Below, one piece after another: positions 21,256-23,101 of a stretch of 23,101 nucleotides of DNA; within the stretch, counting starts at the first letter, position 1; each line of letters starts with the position of its first letter. The notes under the pieces are model-generated. The model did no database searches. It was not told the DNA's origin and saw only the letters and a list, made by a program, of their open reading frames with translations. This DNA is from Thelocarpon superellum (taxonomy: Eukaryota), in assembly GCA_026025795.1 (NCBI GenBank), contig JAPEUG010000025.1, positions 62,001 to 85,101 of the forward strand, read 5' to 3'. The translations under genes were made by a program, and so were the position numbers.

Positions 21256-21699
21256 GGCCGGCACAACCCAGACCCGCAGGTAGGGCAGCCTACATTGACA
21301 TCTGCACTTCGCGGCGGATCCTCGTGGGACCCTCCCTCCTTCGACTGTGCCCGGTCCATCGTCACGACCGGACACGGCATCAGACTGGGGTAGATTTGGA
21401 TGAGGCGGGATTCCCCCGTCCTTCAAGCTGCCGGGATACTATGCCACACACGTGCACCGCCGACCCGCTCCAAGCGAGAAGAGCAGGCCCCAGCACTGGA
21501 GAACCAGGTGCGGATCCCTGGGGAGCCCCGTTACTTACGGTTACACCCCCACTTTGCATAGTGGGGGTCCACGAGAGAACTGGAGAGTGGACAAGCTCCA
21601 ATCCCACAAAGTCCCCGCTGCGGTGATTTCCTTTCTTCTCTTCCATGAGTTTCAGTGTTTTTAGCAATCGAGACCTCGTTCTGTACGAATCCACAAACG

Positions 21700-22260
21700 T
21701 TACATGGATCTTCTACGGTAGATGTTAGATGATGCGGGATTACGTGCGCTCCTACCTAATAATTTACTAGTGTAGGAGCACGCACGTGACTTGATCACGT
21801 GCTCACCTCTATTACTATCCCTGCTACGCGTAGATTAGCAATTCAGCTCTGATTCCTACACTAGTGATGATTGCTTGACAAGGGCTATGAAAGGGCTGCT
21901 GTCAGGACTCCACTGTGACGCCAGGGTCATGTGATGCTACATGTGACCCTATGCGACGATGAGGCCTACAGCCGGGCGGAAACAGTAGACGTCGTCAATA
22001 GGAGTGGACGTTTACAACTCGATAGGGCTGGTAGACCTATTCCTGGCCTCCTCGTGCTACTCGGGTTGAACGCTGAGGCTCTGCTAGGTCGCTGCGACTC
22101 GACTTGTATACAGAGGGTACGTCACGTGCGCTATCACGTGGTCACCCGATGACTTCCCCTATCCCTGCCATGTGTTGCGCAGAGGGAATACTGTGTAGAT
22201 ATTATCAAGGCTAGCTATTGAAACTCTGCTTGGGTCTCTCCATACCAACTACATGGGAAC
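21700..22260. mobile_element. Degenerate repeat/transposon-relic region
   Basis: Visibly lower GC and more TpA than the rest of the window, no coherent ORF, several TGT-initiated LTR-like ends and paired CACGTG motifs. No transposase or RT motif recognised. Confidence 0.35.
21771..21860. mobile_element. Putative miniature solo-LTR or MITE-like insertion (90 bp)
   Basis: Termini TGTAGGA...TCCTACA (7-bp inverted, TG...CA), with CTAG on both sides (21767-21770 and 21861-21864). The perfect inverted match extends to 12 bp (ACTAGTGTAGGA / TCCTACACTAGT). Confidence 0.5.
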
Positions 22261-23101
22261 CAACAAAGCGGCATTTCCCGCTCCGCCTTCCATGACCAAC
22301 TGCTGATCATGTCATCTTCCAACACCATGAGGCGCAAGGTCCCTGGCCTCACAGGTGATCAGTGTCAAAGTTGCGCTTGCCCCTAATATTCAATGCCTCC
22401 TATGAACACTTGCGCTGAATAGGAGCGAGCATTGCGCGACTTGGGACTCAAACACCAACGGCGTTAGAGCCGATGGAAGTAAGGACGACAATTTGAAGCA
22501 GGTCGGCGTCAGATCTTTCAACTCTCTATGGAGCTTTGCCTCTCCCACGTGTCACAGCCTGGAAGAGACGATAATGCGAGTACTGCCACACAGACAATAC
22601 ATCCGGGTCGCTGGTGTAGCAGCAAACACTAGTGTCTGTCGGAGTGTGCTGCTGATGTTCTGGTGGTGGGTACCAATAATAATGTGACACACGCAAGAAA
22701 CCCTCGAGGCGCACGTTCAGCTTCTTGTAGCAGCCGTTCAGAAGGCAAGGTGACGCGGGTCAGCGAACGAGCCTGTCAAAGAAAGAGCCGCACGAGCCGA
22801 ACAAGCCACGTGATATGCTTCGAAGATGTGTCGGTGTATGCATCGGCTTCCTGTGTGCTGCACTCCATCTCCGCTCCAAATGTGGCCGTCAAGCGCTTCC
22901 GTTCATCCCGCCCGGAGGTTGTGGAGAGCTCTGGCGCAGTCCCGGCGCAGTCCCGGCTTCAGCCTAAACCAGCCGTCACGCTCGAGTGCGGTCGTGCAGC
23001 GCCTACGCCCCTTGCTTTGCTCGATGTAGGGCAACACACCGTCACCCTCGTTGGCTCGTCACCACGTCACAACTCGTCGTTGCTCCTCTGTGACAAGGAA
23101 A

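Noticed and set aside
20915..23101. Protein gene, telomerase RNA, snRNA or snoRNA in the right-hand region
   Set aside because: Short ORFs have no recognisable motifs. I saw no TAACCCTAA template or U-snRNA signature. The GTGATGA near 21864 lacks a suitably placed D box, and the H/ACA-like boxes near 21574-21608 enclose too short a hairpin.

Overview
GC-rich eukaryotic DNA from a filamentous ascomycete (Pezizomycotina-type short GT-AG introns with CTRAY-like branch points). Seven protein-coding genes can be built by hand: NUP37 (minus strand, runs off the left edge), an intronless APC1/BimE, an AMSH/Sst2-type JAMM deubiquitinase, a mitochondrial transcription factor Mtf1-like gene, a 4-TM MARVEL-like membrane protein, an unassigned secreted protein with a 6-Cys C-terminal domain, and the MTOC protein ApsB/Mto1. 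All three divergent intergenic regions carry 7-bp tandem arrays. The last ~2.2 kb has no convincing gene, is more AT/TpA-rich, and holds a 90-bp TG...CA element flanked by CTAG and a recurring paired-CACGTG module, probably decayed LTR ends. Mostly housekeeping. The best leads are the paired E-box/mini-LTR nest, an in-frame -SKL hidden behind the APC1 stop, the orphan secreted protein and the promoter heptamer arrays. No new biological system can be established from sequence alone. Family assignments rest on recalled motifs, not database searches.
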